From Thermodesulfovibrionales bacterium (GTDB lineage Bacteria > Nitrospirota > Thermodesulfovibrionia > Thermodesulfovibrionales > SM23-35): DNA of 64,000 nucleotides. The position numbers and the translations under genes are program-made. Within the stretch, counting starts at the first letter, position 1. Every line of letters begins with the position of its first letter. The notes below the pieces were generated by a model that had not been told where the DNA came from, did no database searches, and saw only the letters and a program-made list of their open reading frames with translations. Of the stretch, positions 1 to 10,729 are shown piece by piece. The stretch is from assembly GCA_963753165.1 (NCBI GenBank), contig CAVWBP010000013.1:51385-115384 (forward strand), given 5' to 3'.

Positions 1-471
1 GGGTATGACGGCGGGCCATGGTTTTCTCCGGACGGAACAAAAATCGTATGGCGTGCATGGTACCCAGAGACCGAAGACGAAAAAGCGATGTGGCGCAATT
101 GCATGGAAAATAACTATATCATCCCCATGCCGCTGGACCTCTGGACAATGGACTCTGACGGATCACGCAAGAAGATGATCCTTAAGAACGGCGCCACAAA
201 CTTTTGTCCTTCCTGGCACCCGGACGGCAAACGCATCATTTTTTCGAGCAACATGGACGACTGGAATGAGGAACTCAGGGTATTCGGACATAACTTCGAA
301 CTCTATCTCATCAACAGCGACGGAACGGGGCTGGAGCGAATCACCGATAACAAGGTGTTTGACGGTTTTCCGATGTTTTCACCCGACGGCAAAAAGCTGT
401 CCTTCGCATCGAACAGAACCCCGGAGAAACCCCGTGCGACGGATATTTTTATTGCAGACTGGATTGAGTAA
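1..471 (+). CDS. TolB-like periplasmic beta-propeller (PD40 repeat) protein, C-terminal part; 5' end lies outside the window
   Basis: Frame 1 is open from nt 1 (GYDGGPWFSPDGTKIVW...) into ORF 88..471. It carries repeated PD40-type signatures: FSPDGTK, WHPDGKRIIFSS, FSPDGKKLSFASNR. Confidence 0.7.
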   Translation, partial: GYDGGPWFSPDGTKIVWRAWYPETEDEKAMWRNCMENNYIIPMPLDLWTMDSDGSRKKMILKNGATNFCPSWHPDGKRIIFSSNMDDWNEELRVFGHNFELYLINSDGTGLERITDNKVFDGFPMFSPDGKKLSFASNRTPEKPRATDIFIADWIE

Positions 472-490
472 CCTTCGTATTGGTTCACTT

Positions 491-3400
491 TTGTCAGGGA
501 TCCTTCTCCTCCTCATACTCTGTGTGTATCCTGCACTTGCTGAAAAAAAATCTGTTGCAGAAGGCACTGCGCAGCATGATGCAGTCATCCATCACGAGAT
601 AAAAGCTGTTCTCTTGCCCGAATCCCATCGTCTCCAGGCTATTGATACGATATCCCTTCCTCCCGGAAGACCGGCCAGCATAATATTTTTTCTCCATGCA
701 GGGCTGCAGCCGGTTTCAGAATCACCCGGGGTTCTTATCACCAAAGACAGGACGCTTTCTCAGGACAAGCTGACTGAAGCTTTTACAGTCAACCTGCCTC
801 CGGGCGTCAACACGTTCACCATCAGGTACGGAGGAGTAATCAATCACCCCATTGAACAGTATGGAAAAGAGTATGCAAGAGGCATCAGCCAAACCCCTGG
901 TCTCATCGCGGATGAAGGCATATACCTTGCCGGCAGTTCTTACTGGTATCCACGGCTTCAGGGTGAAAACGTGACATTCTCTCTTGCAGCAGAACTTCCC
1001 TCTCCATGGGATGCTGTCAGTCAGGGGGGACGGACACTCTACGAAATGAAAAACGGGAAGACATTCGTAACCTGGGAGTCCTCTGCCCCTCAGGAAGAAA
1101 TATATCTTGTCGCAGGGAAGTTCGAATTTTATGAAAAACAGAAGGACGGATTCACGGCAATGGTTTTTCTCAGATCACCGGATAAAGAACTCGCGGACAG
1201 ATATCTCGACGCGACGATCAGGTATATCGCACTGTATGAGCATATGATCGGACCGTATCCGTATAAAAAGTTTGCGCTCGTCGAGAATTTCTGGGAGACA
1301 GGCTTCGGCATGCCCTCCTTTACGCTCCTCGGACCGAAAGTGCTAAGGTTCCCCTTTATTCTGAAATCGTCATATCCCCATGAAATACTCCACACCTGGT
1401 GGGGTAACACGGTATTCCCTGATTATGCAAAAGGGAACTGGGCTGAAGGATTAACCGCATATCTTTCCGACCATCTCATGAAAGAACAGGACGGCCTCGG
1501 CACGGAACACCGGCTGACTACGCTCCAGAAATATTCGGATTATGTGCTGCACGAAAAAGATTTTCCGCTGACGGAATTCCGGTCCCGGCACAGTTCTGTC
1601 TCAGAGGCGGTTGGATACGGGAAGTCCCTGATGTTTTTCCACATGCTCCGTCTTCAGCTCGGAGACGAGGTTTTTCTCGCTGCGCTGAGGGATTTTTACC
1701 GGAACAATAAATTCCGTATCGCTTCATTTGCCGGACTGCAGAAGAGCTTCGAGATTGTATCAGGCAAAAAACTGGGCAGAGAATTCGACCAGTGGATACA
1801 CCGCGCAGGCGCCCCGGCATTGCAGGTGGACAATGTCCGCTCCATGAAAGATGAAGAGGGGTATATCCTGACAGCCGGCATACACCAGGTTCAGGATGGC
1901 GCGCCGTATCTTCTCACTATACCTATCGCAGTGACCATGGAAGGGCAGCAGAAAGCGTTTCAGACACTGGTGGTTATGGACAAAAAGACACTTGCGCTCA
2001 AACTTCATGTGCCGGCAAGACCGCTGAGGTTCGATATTGATCCGGAGTTCGATCTCTTCAGAAGGCTTGACCGGGATGAAACACCGCCAGCCTTGTCACA
2101 GGCGCTTGGTTCACGCAAAATGCTGGTAATCCTCCCTGCTTCCGCAGAAAGCGCCCTGCTCCAGGCATATCGTAACTTCTCTGCAATGTTCAAAACAGCA
2201 GGGCCGGATGAGGTCGAGATCAGTCTGGACAACGAGGTCATGCAGATCCCCGGCGATCGGGCAGTAACTGTTCTGGGCTGGGACAACCGGTTTACTCCTA
2301 AAATGCTGACAGGACTCGCCCCCTATGGAATATTTTTTACGCAGGAGAAACTCGCAATAGAAAAGAAGGAGTTTGACAGGAAGGACCATACATTTGTGTT
2401 CACTGCAAGGAATCCCGAAGACAAGAGCCAGGTCCTTACCTTTATCGCAACAGACCTGCCTCATGCATTGCCCGGCCTCGGCAGGAAACTGCCCCATTAT
2501 CATAAATACAGTTATCTCATTTTCGAGGGAGAAGAACCAGAGAATATCGCAAAGGACCGTTGGCCGGTCATCGACTCACCGATGACGATTTTTCTCCCGG
2601 TTGAGCAGGGGATGGGCAAAAAGATAAACCGGGGAGAACTCATGCCCAGGAAACCGCTCGCAGAACTCCCTGCTCAGTTCTCTTCAGACAGGATGCTCGA
2701 AACGACACGGTATCTGTCGGACAGGGAGCAGGAAGGAAGAGGGCTTGGATCGCCGGGCCTCGACAGAGCGGCGGAGTTTATCGCGCAGCGATTCCGTGAG
2801 GCCGGGCTTGAACCCCTCGGGGATTCGCCGGGGAGTTACTTCCAGACCTGGAATGACACAGGAGGGGAATCCCGGACGAATATAACGGTAAAAAATGTAA
2901 TCGGGTACATCCCCGGGAAAAAACAGGAATTCAGCGGACAGAGCGTGATTGTCGGCGCGCACTATGACCATCTCGGCCTGGGCTGGCCTGATGCGAAGGA
3001 GGGAAATAAGGGAAAGATCCATCCCGGCGCCGATGACAACGCAAGCGGTGTCGCGGTGCTCGTTGAACTTGCGCAGGTTCTTGGTCCTGCCTTCGCCCCT
3101 GACAGGAGTATTCTCTTCATTGCCTTTACCGGAGAAGAAGCAGGGAGAAAAGGATCTCACTATTATGTGAAAGCCTCAAGCGAAGGCAAGTACCCTGTAG
3201 AGAAGGCGATTGGAATGGTGAATATTGATACCGTAGGACGTCTTGGAGAGAAAAAACTGCTGATACTCGGCGGTGACTCGGCGCGGGAATGGGTGCATAT
3301 TTTCAGGGGTGCAGGATATGTGAGCGGCGTGGAGATTGAGATGGTGCAAGAAGACCTCGATTCGAGCGACCAGACCAGTTTTCAGCGTGCAGGAGTGCCG

Positions 3401-3859
3401 GCAGTGCAGCTGTTTACCGGAGCCCATGCGGACTATCACCGCCCTGCTGATACGGCAGACAAGATCGATGCGCACGGACTCATAAAAGTCGCGTCGGCAG
3501 CGAGGGAAGTCATTGAATATCTCGCAAAACGGGAGAGCCGACTCAGCGCAACCATTGAACCCGGCAGCATGGCTCCGGAAAAAGACAGGGAGAAGAGAAA
3601 GGTAAGCCTTGGAATTGTCCCGGATTTCAGCTACCGGGGAAAAGGCATCCGCCTGTCAGATACAGTCCCCGGATCACCTGCGGAGAAGAGCGGTTTAACG
3701 CAGGGCGATATACTCATCCGCGTTCATTCAGCCGATGTCGGTACGCTTAAGGACCTTGCGGACATCCTGAGTTTATACAAGCCTGGAACCTCTGTTTCCC
3801 TCACTATCCTGAGAGAGGGGCAAGAGACGACGGTCGAAGCAGAGCTTGCTGGCCGATAA
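491..3859 (+). CDS. Secreted multidomain zinc peptidase: M1 (gluzincin) domain + M28 aminopeptidase domain + C-terminal PDZ
   Basis: This is ORF 266..3859 minus the 5' part that overlaps the upstream gene. A signal-like segment SGILLLLILCVYPALA begins at TTG 491; ATT 479 is also possible, so the start is uncertain. M1 signature HEILH-X18-E (HEILHTWWGN...NWAEGLTAY). M28 signatures AHYDHLG, GADDNASG, TGEEAGRKGS, DYHRPADT. PDZ-like tail GIRLSDTVPGSPAEKSGLTQGDILIRV. Confidence 0.8.
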   Translation: MSGILLLLILCVYPALAEKKSVAEGTAQHDAVIHHEIKAVLLPESHRLQAIDTISLPPGRPASIIFFLHAGLQPVSESPGVLITKDRTLSQDKLTEAFTVNLPPGVNTFTIRYGGVINHPIEQYGKEYARGISQTPGLIADEGIYLAGSSYWYPRLQGENVTFSLAAELPSPWDAVSQGGRTLYEMKNGKTFVTWESSAPQEEIYLVAGKFEFYEKQKDGFTAMVFLRSPDKELADRYLDATIRYIALYEHMIGPYPYKKFALVENFWETGFGMPSFTLLGPKVLRFPFILKSSYPHEILHTWWGNTVFPDYAKGNWAEGLTAYLSDHLMKEQDGLGTEHRLTTLQKYSDYVLHEKDFPLTEFRSRHSSVSEAVGYGKSLMFFHMLRLQLGDEVFLAALRDFYRNNKFRIASFAGLQKSFEIVSGKKLGREFDQWIHRAGAPALQVDNVRSMKDEEGYILTAGIHQVQDGAPYLLTIPIAVTMEGQQKAFQTLVVMDKKTLALKLHVPARPLRFDIDPEFDLFRRLDRDETPPALSQALGSRKMLVILPASAESALLQAYRNFSAMFKTAGPDEVEISLDNEVMQIPGDRAVTVLGWDNRFTPKMLTGLAPYGIFFTQEKLAIEKKEFDRKDHTFVFTARNPEDKSQVLTFIATDLPHALPGLGRKLPHYHKYSYLIFEGEEPENIAKDRWPVIDSPMTIFLPVEQGMGKKINRGELMPRKPLAELPAQFSSDRMLETTRYLSDREQEGRGLGSPGLDRAAEFIAQRFREAGLEPLGDSPGSYFQTWNDTGGESRTNITVKNVIGYIPGKKQEFSGQSVIVGAHYDHLGLGWPDAKEGNKGKIHPGADDNASGVAVLVELAQVLGPAFAPDRSILFIAFTGEEAGRKGSHYYVKASSEGKYPVEKAIGMVNIDTVGRLGEKKLLILGGDSAREWVHIFRGAGYVSGVEIEMVQEDLDSSDQTSFQRAGVPAVQLFTGAHADYHRPADTADKIDAHGLIKVASAAREVIEYLAKRESRLSATIEPGSMAPEKDREKRKVSLGIVPDFSYRGKGIRLSDTVPGSPAEKSGLTQGDILIRVHSADVGTLKDLADILSLYKPGTSVSLTILREGQETTVEAELAGR

Positions 3860-4029
3860 ATATCCGGCAGAACCTGCGCTCCACAATTTTCCGGAGAGAA
3901 TACCAAAGTATGGCAGAAATACCTTCGGAAACAGACAGTGAATTCCCTATGCCTGACCGGAGTGATAATGGTATATTTTTATAGGAGAGTAAAACTGAGT
4001 ATGAGGCTGCATTTGCAGTACATGAAAAT

Positions 4030-7000
4030 ATGAAAAAGACCATTATCCTGGTGTTCCTGGTTATCCTTATAGTCCTTGCGCTTATCGTCCCGCGGATCCC
4101 CCAGATATCCGATACCCTTAAGGGCATAATAATCCCTGAAATCGAGGAGGCGACAGGAGAACGGGTTTCGATAGAAAAAATATCTGTAAACCTCCTCCCT
4201 CTCTTCGTTGAAGCGAAAGGGATCAGGATTCTTGATGAACAGGGAACCCCTCTGGTCAATGCGGGCCGGGCAAAGGCATATGTTGATATCGGAAATATTT
4301 TCAGCAAACAGATTACTCTTTACCGGCTGACGCTCTCCAGTCCCGAAATCTCGATCGGGAGAGAGCGGTTGGAGAAGATCGTAAAACATGTCCGGGCATA
4401 CCTCGATAAGGAGAAAAAAACGGACTTCAAGGTGAAGATAAATGTTATTGAGGTCAAGAAGGGAAAGATTTTGCTGAGAGACGAGGGTGCGAAAAGCGCA
4501 CTGCAGATAGAGGGTCTGTCAGGTGAATTTATTACGGGTGAGAAACAGCGGGTAACCGCGCAGATACAGGAGTTTGTGCTTGAGAAGGAATCGTGGCCCA
4601 GAATCGTCTGCGATATCCGGGCGGCGGTTGTTTTCAAGAAAGATGCGCTTGAGATCAAAAAGTTTGAAGTAGGCGCGTATGGTTCAAAGTTCACTGCCGA
4701 AGGAACATATTCCCATGGCAAAGGATCACTTAAAACCGGCCTTGCGCTGATCGTAACCTCGGTCAAACGGCTGTTCGGGCTTATTGATCGGGGGGAAGGA
4801 AGGATTTCGGCCCATGGAGAAATAAAGATCGTACCTGTAAAGCAGAAAGAGACCGAGATCCGCGGCGAGAGAAAAGGACTGGCTCTGCCTGAACTGAAAA
4901 ACATCTTTCTCGACCTCAAACTGAGCGGGGATTTGTATCTTCAGACACTCATGGAACTTCTCAAGGTCGAGGATCAGCTGGAGGGACTTGTCGATTTTCA
5001 GGGAGAAATTACCGGACCGCTTACGGATATTTCGGGAAGCGCAAAGGCAAAGCTGCAGCAGGGGAACCTTTATGGCGTGGATATCGATACGCTGAGCTGC
5101 AATATTTTGTATAAAGACAGGATAATGAAATTCGAAAACGGCGCTGCGTCACTCTATAACGGAAAAGGGCAGGCAGAAGCGTTGATCCATCTGCCTGTTG
5201 TCGATTTTTATACGCTCCGGGTCAAGTTCCAGTCGGTTGACAGCACCGCAGCCTTTAAACTTATCGGGTGGCACCCGGAAGTGCCTGACGGGAAGGTTGA
5301 CGGAGAACTCTCCACATCAGGGAGTGCATTCAACCCGGCAGGTTCGTTTCGCTACAAAGCGACGATGAAAGGACAGAGAACATTTTATTTGGGAGAGCCA
5401 TATCCTGTCGAGAACGTATTGAGCAGGGTACGGGACATAAAGGGCGGATTCTCCATGCAGGAGCATATTGTTTCTTTGGAAGGCCTGCAGATTCACACAC
5501 CCCTGTCGCATCTGACCCTGAATGGGACGGTCAACCTGCCAAAAAGTATTATGCAAATGAAGGGAAGACTGATTGCAGAGTCTGCTATTGACCTCGCGGC
5601 ACCATATTATAAGGGACTGAGCGGCCGCAGTGAATTTTCGGGCGAAATAGCCGGCCCACTGGATAACCTGAAAATATCGGGCAGGGCCATCCTTGCGAAC
5701 GCTTCTCTCGAAGGATATCAGTTGGACAGTATCGTGTCCGATTTTACTTATGAAAAAGCGTTGCTCAGCACCCGGGAAACTTTTTTCAGATCACCGGGTC
5801 AGGAGCATAGCGTGAAAGGGAAAATATCCTTTCCAAACGCAGAGCAGCTTTTTGACGTTTCTGCGCCGGTCTATGACCTGAAGGCTTCTCTCAGAAAGGC
5901 CGATTTCGGAAAAACAGTCCAGATCTTCTACAAAGAGTTTACAGGGCAGGGAAGACTGAATGCAGAGATGAGCATGACCGGCAGGGGCAGAGGTTTTATT
6001 GTAAGAGGCACTGCTTCTGCAGAGAGCGCATCAGTGTATACGATACCCTTTGATACGGCTTCCTCTGATTTTACCTTTACCTATGATGAATTCTCATTGA
6101 AAAAACTGAAAATGAAAAAAGATAAATCAGTCCTCGATGCGGAGGCAACATTTTCGGACGGAGGGAAATTTACTTACAATGCCTCTGCCGAAAAGCTCTT
6201 TCTCAAAGACCTTGGTCTGCAAAGGATGCCTGATGACGCGATCATCTCCCTGAAATCGGAAGGCACGGGAACGTTTGACAACCCTGCGGTTACTTTCAAC
6301 GCCCGGGTTCTTGGCGGCACATTCAAGGGAAAGGATATGGGAAGAGGGCATATTACCGCTTCGGTCCGGAACAAGGATATCTCGGTGCAGGGGGCCCTTT
6401 TTAACGAGAAGATGCAACTCAGGGGGAGGGGCAGGCTTGACGAGAGACTCCCGTGGAGCGCGGAACTTTCCATACAGCCCGCCCGGTACGATTTCATCGT
6501 GAGTTCAATCTTAAAAGATGTTCCTGAAGACCTTGAACTTTTCCTTGAGGGAAATGTGACTATGCAGGGAGACAGACATACCATTGCGGTGAATACGGTA
6601 CTGGAACGGTTAACCCTTTCACTCTTCGGACAGACGTTATCGAACGACTCACCGATAGCCTTTTCTCTCCGGAACAAGGCGCTTTCCATCTCGGCATGCA
6701 CCTTAAAGAGCGGGACAACATCCTTCACACTCAAAGGGGGACTCGAAATCGGGAAATCCTATGACCTCAGTATGGAAGGAAACTCAGCACTCTCTCCCCT
6801 CAAGGGTATGTCGAAGAAAATCGGGTATCTCAAGGGAGACGCCGATTTTTCCCTCGCGGTAAACGGTCCCTGGGACGATCCGGAGGTCAAGGGAGGAATG
6901 AATGTAACTGACGCATCAGTCGGTCTCCGTGATTACCCTACCTATATCAGTTCCATCAACGGGCATCTTTTCATGGATGAAGACAGGATAGTCCTCCAGA

Positions 7001-8040
7001 AACTGACAGGAAAAGTCGGGGGAGGCAATATTACTGCTTCCGGATATGTCTCCCTCAAAGCGTTCAAAGTGAAGCGGTTCTACGTTGAAGCTGCCGTCGA
7101 GAATGTAACGACTGCGCCCTCCGGAAATTTTTCCATTAATTTCGGGGGGAACCTCCTCCTGAAGGGGACCCCGGAGCAGCAGAATATTGTCGGCGACATA
7201 CGGATCAACCGGGCGTATTACAAGGAGAACATAGAATGGAGAAGCTGGATTTTCCAGGCAAAGTCGAAAGACATCCCCCGCCCAGAAACATCGCTGTTTG
7301 AACATACGGAACTGAACATCCGTATTTCGGGAAGTGATAAAATTTCCGTGGACAACAATATCGCACGGGCGCCTGTGAACATACGGGGGGACATGATTTT
7401 AAAAGGAACACTGTTGCACCCGGTTTTATTTGGGAGGGTGGAATCGAACGAAGGATACGTATATTTCAGAAACAATGAATTCAAGATCATCCATGCGAGC
7501 GCTGATTTTGCAGATCCGAACAGGATCAGGCCTGTCTTCAACTTTACTGCAGAGACAAGCGTGAGCAGCTATAATATCCGATTGACCCTCGAGGGCCAGA
7601 TTGATCACTTTACGCTTGCGCTTACCTCAGATCCTCATCTCGATGAAGTCGATATCCTGGCACTTTTGACGGTTGGGAGGGTAGGTTCACAAATGAAGGG
7701 GATCGAGGGCGGCGTCGGGGCCGGAGAGGCAACGTCGTTCGTTGCAGGCCCTGTAGAGGATGTCATTGAAGAACGCATGAGAACAATTACAGGAATAGAC
7801 AGGTTTCAGGTCGAACCCACTATTTCCGAGACGACCGGCACGGTGAGCCCAAGGGTGATTGTTTCAAAACGGCTCATTGCCGACAAACTCTACGTAACCT
7901 ACTCGAATCTCTTCGGGTCGACTGAAGAGCAGATCGTCAAAATCGAGTATCTGCTGAGCAGGAGCGTTTCTCTCATAGGGATACATGATGAGAGAACAGG
8001 CGTCGGAGGTGATATAAAGTTCAGGTTCGAATTCAAATGA
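4030..8040 (+). CDS. tamB: TamB-like translocation and assembly module protein (AsmA-like, DUF490-type C-terminus)
   Basis: 1336-aa ORF with a single N-terminal TM helix (IILVFLVILIVLALIV) and a long beta-rich repetitive body. The C-terminus ...GVGGDIKFRFEFK is of TamB type. Its stop overlaps the bamA start (ATGA). Confidence 0.8.
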   Translation: MKKTIILVFLVILIVLALIVPRIPQISDTLKGIIIPEIEEATGERVSIEKISVNLLPLFVEAKGIRILDEQGTPLVNAGRAKAYVDIGNIFSKQITLYRLTLSSPEISIGRERLEKIVKHVRAYLDKEKKTDFKVKINVIEVKKGKILLRDEGAKSALQIEGLSGEFITGEKQRVTAQIQEFVLEKESWPRIVCDIRAAVVFKKDALEIKKFEVGAYGSKFTAEGTYSHGKGSLKTGLALIVTSVKRLFGLIDRGEGRISAHGEIKIVPVKQKETEIRGERKGLALPELKNIFLDLKLSGDLYLQTLMELLKVEDQLEGLVDFQGEITGPLTDISGSAKAKLQQGNLYGVDIDTLSCNILYKDRIMKFENGAASLYNGKGQAEALIHLPVVDFYTLRVKFQSVDSTAAFKLIGWHPEVPDGKVDGELSTSGSAFNPAGSFRYKATMKGQRTFYLGEPYPVENVLSRVRDIKGGFSMQEHIVSLEGLQIHTPLSHLTLNGTVNLPKSIMQMKGRLIAESAIDLAAPYYKGLSGRSEFSGEIAGPLDNLKISGRAILANASLEGYQLDSIVSDFTYEKALLSTRETFFRSPGQEHSVKGKISFPNAEQLFDVSAPVYDLKASLRKADFGKTVQIFYKEFTGQGRLNAEMSMTGRGRGFIVRGTASAESASVYTIPFDTASSDFTFTYDEFSLKKLKMKKDKSVLDAEATFSDGGKFTYNASAEKLFLKDLGLQRMPDDAIISLKSEGTGTFDNPAVTFNARVLGGTFKGKDMGRGHITASVRNKDISVQGALFNEKMQLRGRGRLDERLPWSAELSIQPARYDFIVSSILKDVPEDLELFLEGNVTMQGDRHTIAVNTVLERLTLSLFGQTLSNDSPIAFSLRNKALSISACTLKSGTTSFTLKGGLEIGKSYDLSMEGNSALSPLKGMSKKIGYLKGDADFSLAVNGPWDDPEVKGGMNVTDASVGLRDYPTYISSINGHLFMDEDRIVLQKLTGKVGGGNITASGYVSLKAFKVKRFYVEAAVENVTTAPSGNFSINFGGNLLLKGTPEQQNIVGDIRINRAYYKENIEWRSWIFQAKSKDIPRPETSLFEHTELNIRISGSDKISVDNNIARAPVNIRGDMILKGTLLHPVLFGRVESNEGYVYFRNNEFKIIHASADFADPNRIRPVFNFTAETSVSSYNIRLTLEGQIDHFTLALTSDPHLDEVDILALLTVGRVGSQMKGIEGGVGAGEATSFVAGPVEDVIEERMRTITGIDRFQVEPTISETTGTVSPRVIVSKRLIADKLYVTYSNLFGSTEEQIVKIEYLLSRSVSLIGIHDERTGVGGDIKFRFEFK

Positions 8041-10724
8041 GAATAGCGCGTCTTTTGGGGATATTTCTGTGCTGCATGGCTCTGTTCCTGACTTCCTATG
8101 CCGGAGGGGCGGTGAACCCAGAGGTAGAAATACACGGCCTCTCTTCAATAACGAATGAAGAGCTGTTATATCTCCTCGGGGTCCAGCCAGGCGGACAGAT
8201 TGACAGGGAACAGATTCGTGCCGGAATTAAACGGGCTTTTCTCCGGGGGATCTTTGAGGATATTTCCATAGAGGCCACTGACGGCGAGAGACCGAAAGTA
8301 ATTATTACTGTTGAGGAAAGAGACAATATCGCAGACGTTTCTGTCGAGGGCGATTCTGTACTATCCGATAGAAAGATACGGGGAATGTTTCCACTCAAAG
8401 AAGGGCGGTATCTCATGTGCGATTCGTTCGAGCAGGCTGCTGCCGGACTGCGGTCAAAACTTGCTACGCACGGATTTCCCCGTGCCGTTGTCAGGCCGGA
8501 AATCAGGAGATTAGAGGAAAAATACAGACTTGCGGTCATACTCACTGTGAATACGGGTGCGCCGGATATTATCAGAAAAATTATCCTTGAAGGGGCAGGC
8601 AGTGATGCCGAAAAAATATTGTGGACCATGCAATTGTCTGAAGGGGATATCTATGATCAGTCTCTCCTCCCGAAAGAAATCGAAAAGATAAGGACATATT
8701 ATAAAGAAAGAGGGTATTTCAGGCCCGTTGTCGGACCATATACCTTTGTCAACGGTGAGCTTCATATCCCTGTCTCTTCCGGACAGCATCTGGAAATCAA
8801 GTATAAGGGTAATTCCTCCATCTCCCGCAGAGATCTTCTTAAAGAAATGCCCTTTTTTGAGGTTGAGGATTTCAGCGATGACATAGTTGCAGAAGCCGCG
8901 CACAGGATACAATTGCTCTATCACAAAAAGGGGTATCCTTTTGTCGAGATAACGTATGAGACTGTATCCCGGGACGGCGCCATAGAGACCACCTTCCTCG
9001 TTTCTGAAGGCGCACAGGTCAATGTAGGCCGGATTATTTTCAAAGGCATACATCTGGAGGAAAAGCATCTGAAAGATTTCATGTCCCTGAAAGAAGGGAA
9101 GGCGTATAATCAGGACTTCGCCGATTCGGACAGGGAAACGCTGCAATACCTCTATGATTCCCTCGGCTATCTGTCGGCTGAGGTCACGGAATTTGAGACG
9201 ACCTATAAAGAGGAAACCCGGACCATGGATATTGGTGTCAAAATCGATGAAGGGCCGCAAACAGTAATCCAGGATATAAAGATTTCAGGTGTTCAGTTTC
9301 TCGATGAGGCTGCGGTGAGAAAGGCAATCAATATCAAACGGGGTGCAGCGTATAATGAAGTCGACATCTCGGACGCCCGCTATCGTATTATCGAACTCTA
9401 TAACAACGCAGGCTTCCTCAACGTACTGGTGTCCGTTCAGCGACAGTTCGAAGGAGAAAAAGCGATTGTGACTTTTACTGTCTCTGAGGGCGCCCAGCAA
9501 TTTTTCGGCAAAGTAATCGTGAAGGGGAATAAGAAAACGCACAACGAAGTTATAGAGCGGGAACTGCTGCAGAAAGAGGGGAAACCCCTCAACTACAGTC
9601 TTGTCACGCAACAGAGGCAGAGACTGTACAAACTGGGGTTATTCACTGATATCACCACCGAGCTGACCGATACCTATGGCAACAGGAAAGATACCCTCAT
9701 TAAGTTGCAGGAAGGCAATGCAGGCGCAGTGGAATTCGGAGTCGGCTACGCTGATTACGAGCAGTACCGGGGATTCCTGGAACTGAGTTACCGGAACCTC
9801 TGGGGCATGAACAGACAGGCATCATTGCGTCTCGAAGCCAGCTCGCTCGAAAGGCGCTATGTCCTCCAATATTTTGAACCGTGGTTTTTACTCCTCCGTA
9901 CTCCTTTGCCTCTCCGTGTGTTCGTCCTCGGTGAAGAGAGGGAAGAAGTGAATATCGATACGCGGGAGACAAGATACAAACTCACAAGACATGCGGTCAC
10001 GGCTGGAGTCGAAAAAAAGATAAGTGACACGCTGAAATCGGAACTCTACTATGAATTTTCCGTGGTCAACACCTATGATGTGCAGCCGGATGTTGTGCTC
10101 AGCAAAGAGGATACGGGGACGCTTATTATAAGCGGCATGCGTCTTGGTCTCATCTACGATACCCGCAACGACCCCTTTTATCCCTCAAAAGGAATCCTCT
10201 CCGGCCTTTCCGCAAAACTTACCTCTCCTCTTTTCCTGTCGGAAACCGATTTTATAAAAATATCGTTTTACGGAAACAGCTACCACGCGCTGAGAAAATG
10301 GCTTGTCCTTGCTGCTTCGTTGCGGGGAGGCATTGCCCAGGGTTACGGTGCCACACAGGAACTGCCCATTGTCGAACGGTTCTTTCTTGGAGGCAGGAGC
10401 ACGGTGAGAGGATATGAACAGGATACCCTTGGGCCGAAAGGAAAAGACGGGAATCCGACCGGCGGAAATGTCTTTCTTATGGAGAATCTGGAAGTGAGGA
10501 CATTATTAGGAAAGGGCATAGGCGTGGTAGCGTTTCTTGACGGAGGGAATGTATGGCTTGACATCACTGATGTAGACCTGGCTGACATTAAATTCACCGC
10601 AGGCCTTGGTCTGAGATACAATACCCCGGTTGGTCCCCTGAGGGTTGATTACGGATACAAGCTCCAGAGAGAGAAAGGTGAAAGCAGCGGGGAGATTCAT
10701 TTCAGCATAGGCCATGCTTTTTAA
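8037..10724 (+). CDS. bamA: Outer membrane protein assembly factor BamA (Omp85 family)
   Basis: 895 aa with a signal peptide (MRIARLLGIFLCCMALFLTSYAGG) and repeated POTRA-like modules. The C-terminal barrel ends ...GEIHFSIGHAF (aromatic beta-signal). Confidence 0.9.
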   Translation: MRIARLLGIFLCCMALFLTSYAGGAVNPEVEIHGLSSITNEELLYLLGVQPGGQIDREQIRAGIKRAFLRGIFEDISIEATDGERPKVIITVEERDNIADVSVEGDSVLSDRKIRGMFPLKEGRYLMCDSFEQAAAGLRSKLATHGFPRAVVRPEIRRLEEKYRLAVILTVNTGAPDIIRKIILEGAGSDAEKILWTMQLSEGDIYDQSLLPKEIEKIRTYYKERGYFRPVVGPYTFVNGELHIPVSSGQHLEIKYKGNSSISRRDLLKEMPFFEVEDFSDDIVAEAAHRIQLLYHKKGYPFVEITYETVSRDGAIETTFLVSEGAQVNVGRIIFKGIHLEEKHLKDFMSLKEGKAYNQDFADSDRETLQYLYDSLGYLSAEVTEFETTYKEETRTMDIGVKIDEGPQTVIQDIKISGVQFLDEAAVRKAINIKRGAAYNEVDISDARYRIIELYNNAGFLNVLVSVQRQFEGEKAIVTFTVSEGAQQFFGKVIVKGNKKTHNEVIERELLQKEGKPLNYSLVTQQRQRLYKLGLFTDITTELTDTYGNRKDTLIKLQEGNAGAVEFGVGYADYEQYRGFLELSYRNLWGMNRQASLRLEASSLERRYVLQYFEPWFLLLRTPLPLRVFVLGEEREEVNIDTRETRYKLTRHAVTAGVEKKISDTLKSELYYEFSVVNTYDVQPDVVLSKEDTGTLIISGMRLGLIYDTRNDPFYPSKGILSGLSAKLTSPLFLSETDFIKISFYGNSYHALRKWLVLAASLRGGIAQGYGATQELPIVERFFLGGRSTVRGYEQDTLGPKGKDGNPTGGNVFLMENLEVRTLLGKGIGVVAFLDGGNVWLDITDVDLADIKFTAGLGLRYNTPVGPLRVDYGYKLQREKGESSGEIHFSIGHAF

Positions 10725-10729
10725 AAAAC

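Noticed and set aside
266-490. The 5' extension of the long ORF 266..3859, which overlaps the TolB-like gene.
   Set aside because: This stretch is the alternate frame of a well-supported PD40-repeat CDS and shows no peptidase similarity. The signal-peptide-like segment only begins around 491.
3911-3926. A sigma-54-like TGGCAG upstream of tamB.
   Set aside because: There is no GC/TTGC -12 element at the required spacing.
8024-8033. A tRNA T-arm-like GGTTCGAAT motif, also seen at about 20125.
   Set aside because: Both lie inside well-supported CDSs (the tamB end and the metallophosphoesterase), with no flanking acceptor or anticodon stem complementarity.
8511-9260. A 249-aa antisense ORF inside bamA. 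Similar long shadow ORFs lie at 34732..35547 in obg, 45218..45913 in ribD, 59611..60186 in the NHL gene, and 13655..14299 in the MFS gene.
   Set aside because: Each lies entirely antisense to a strongly supported conserved gene and has no recognisable motifs. These are typical shadow ORFs.
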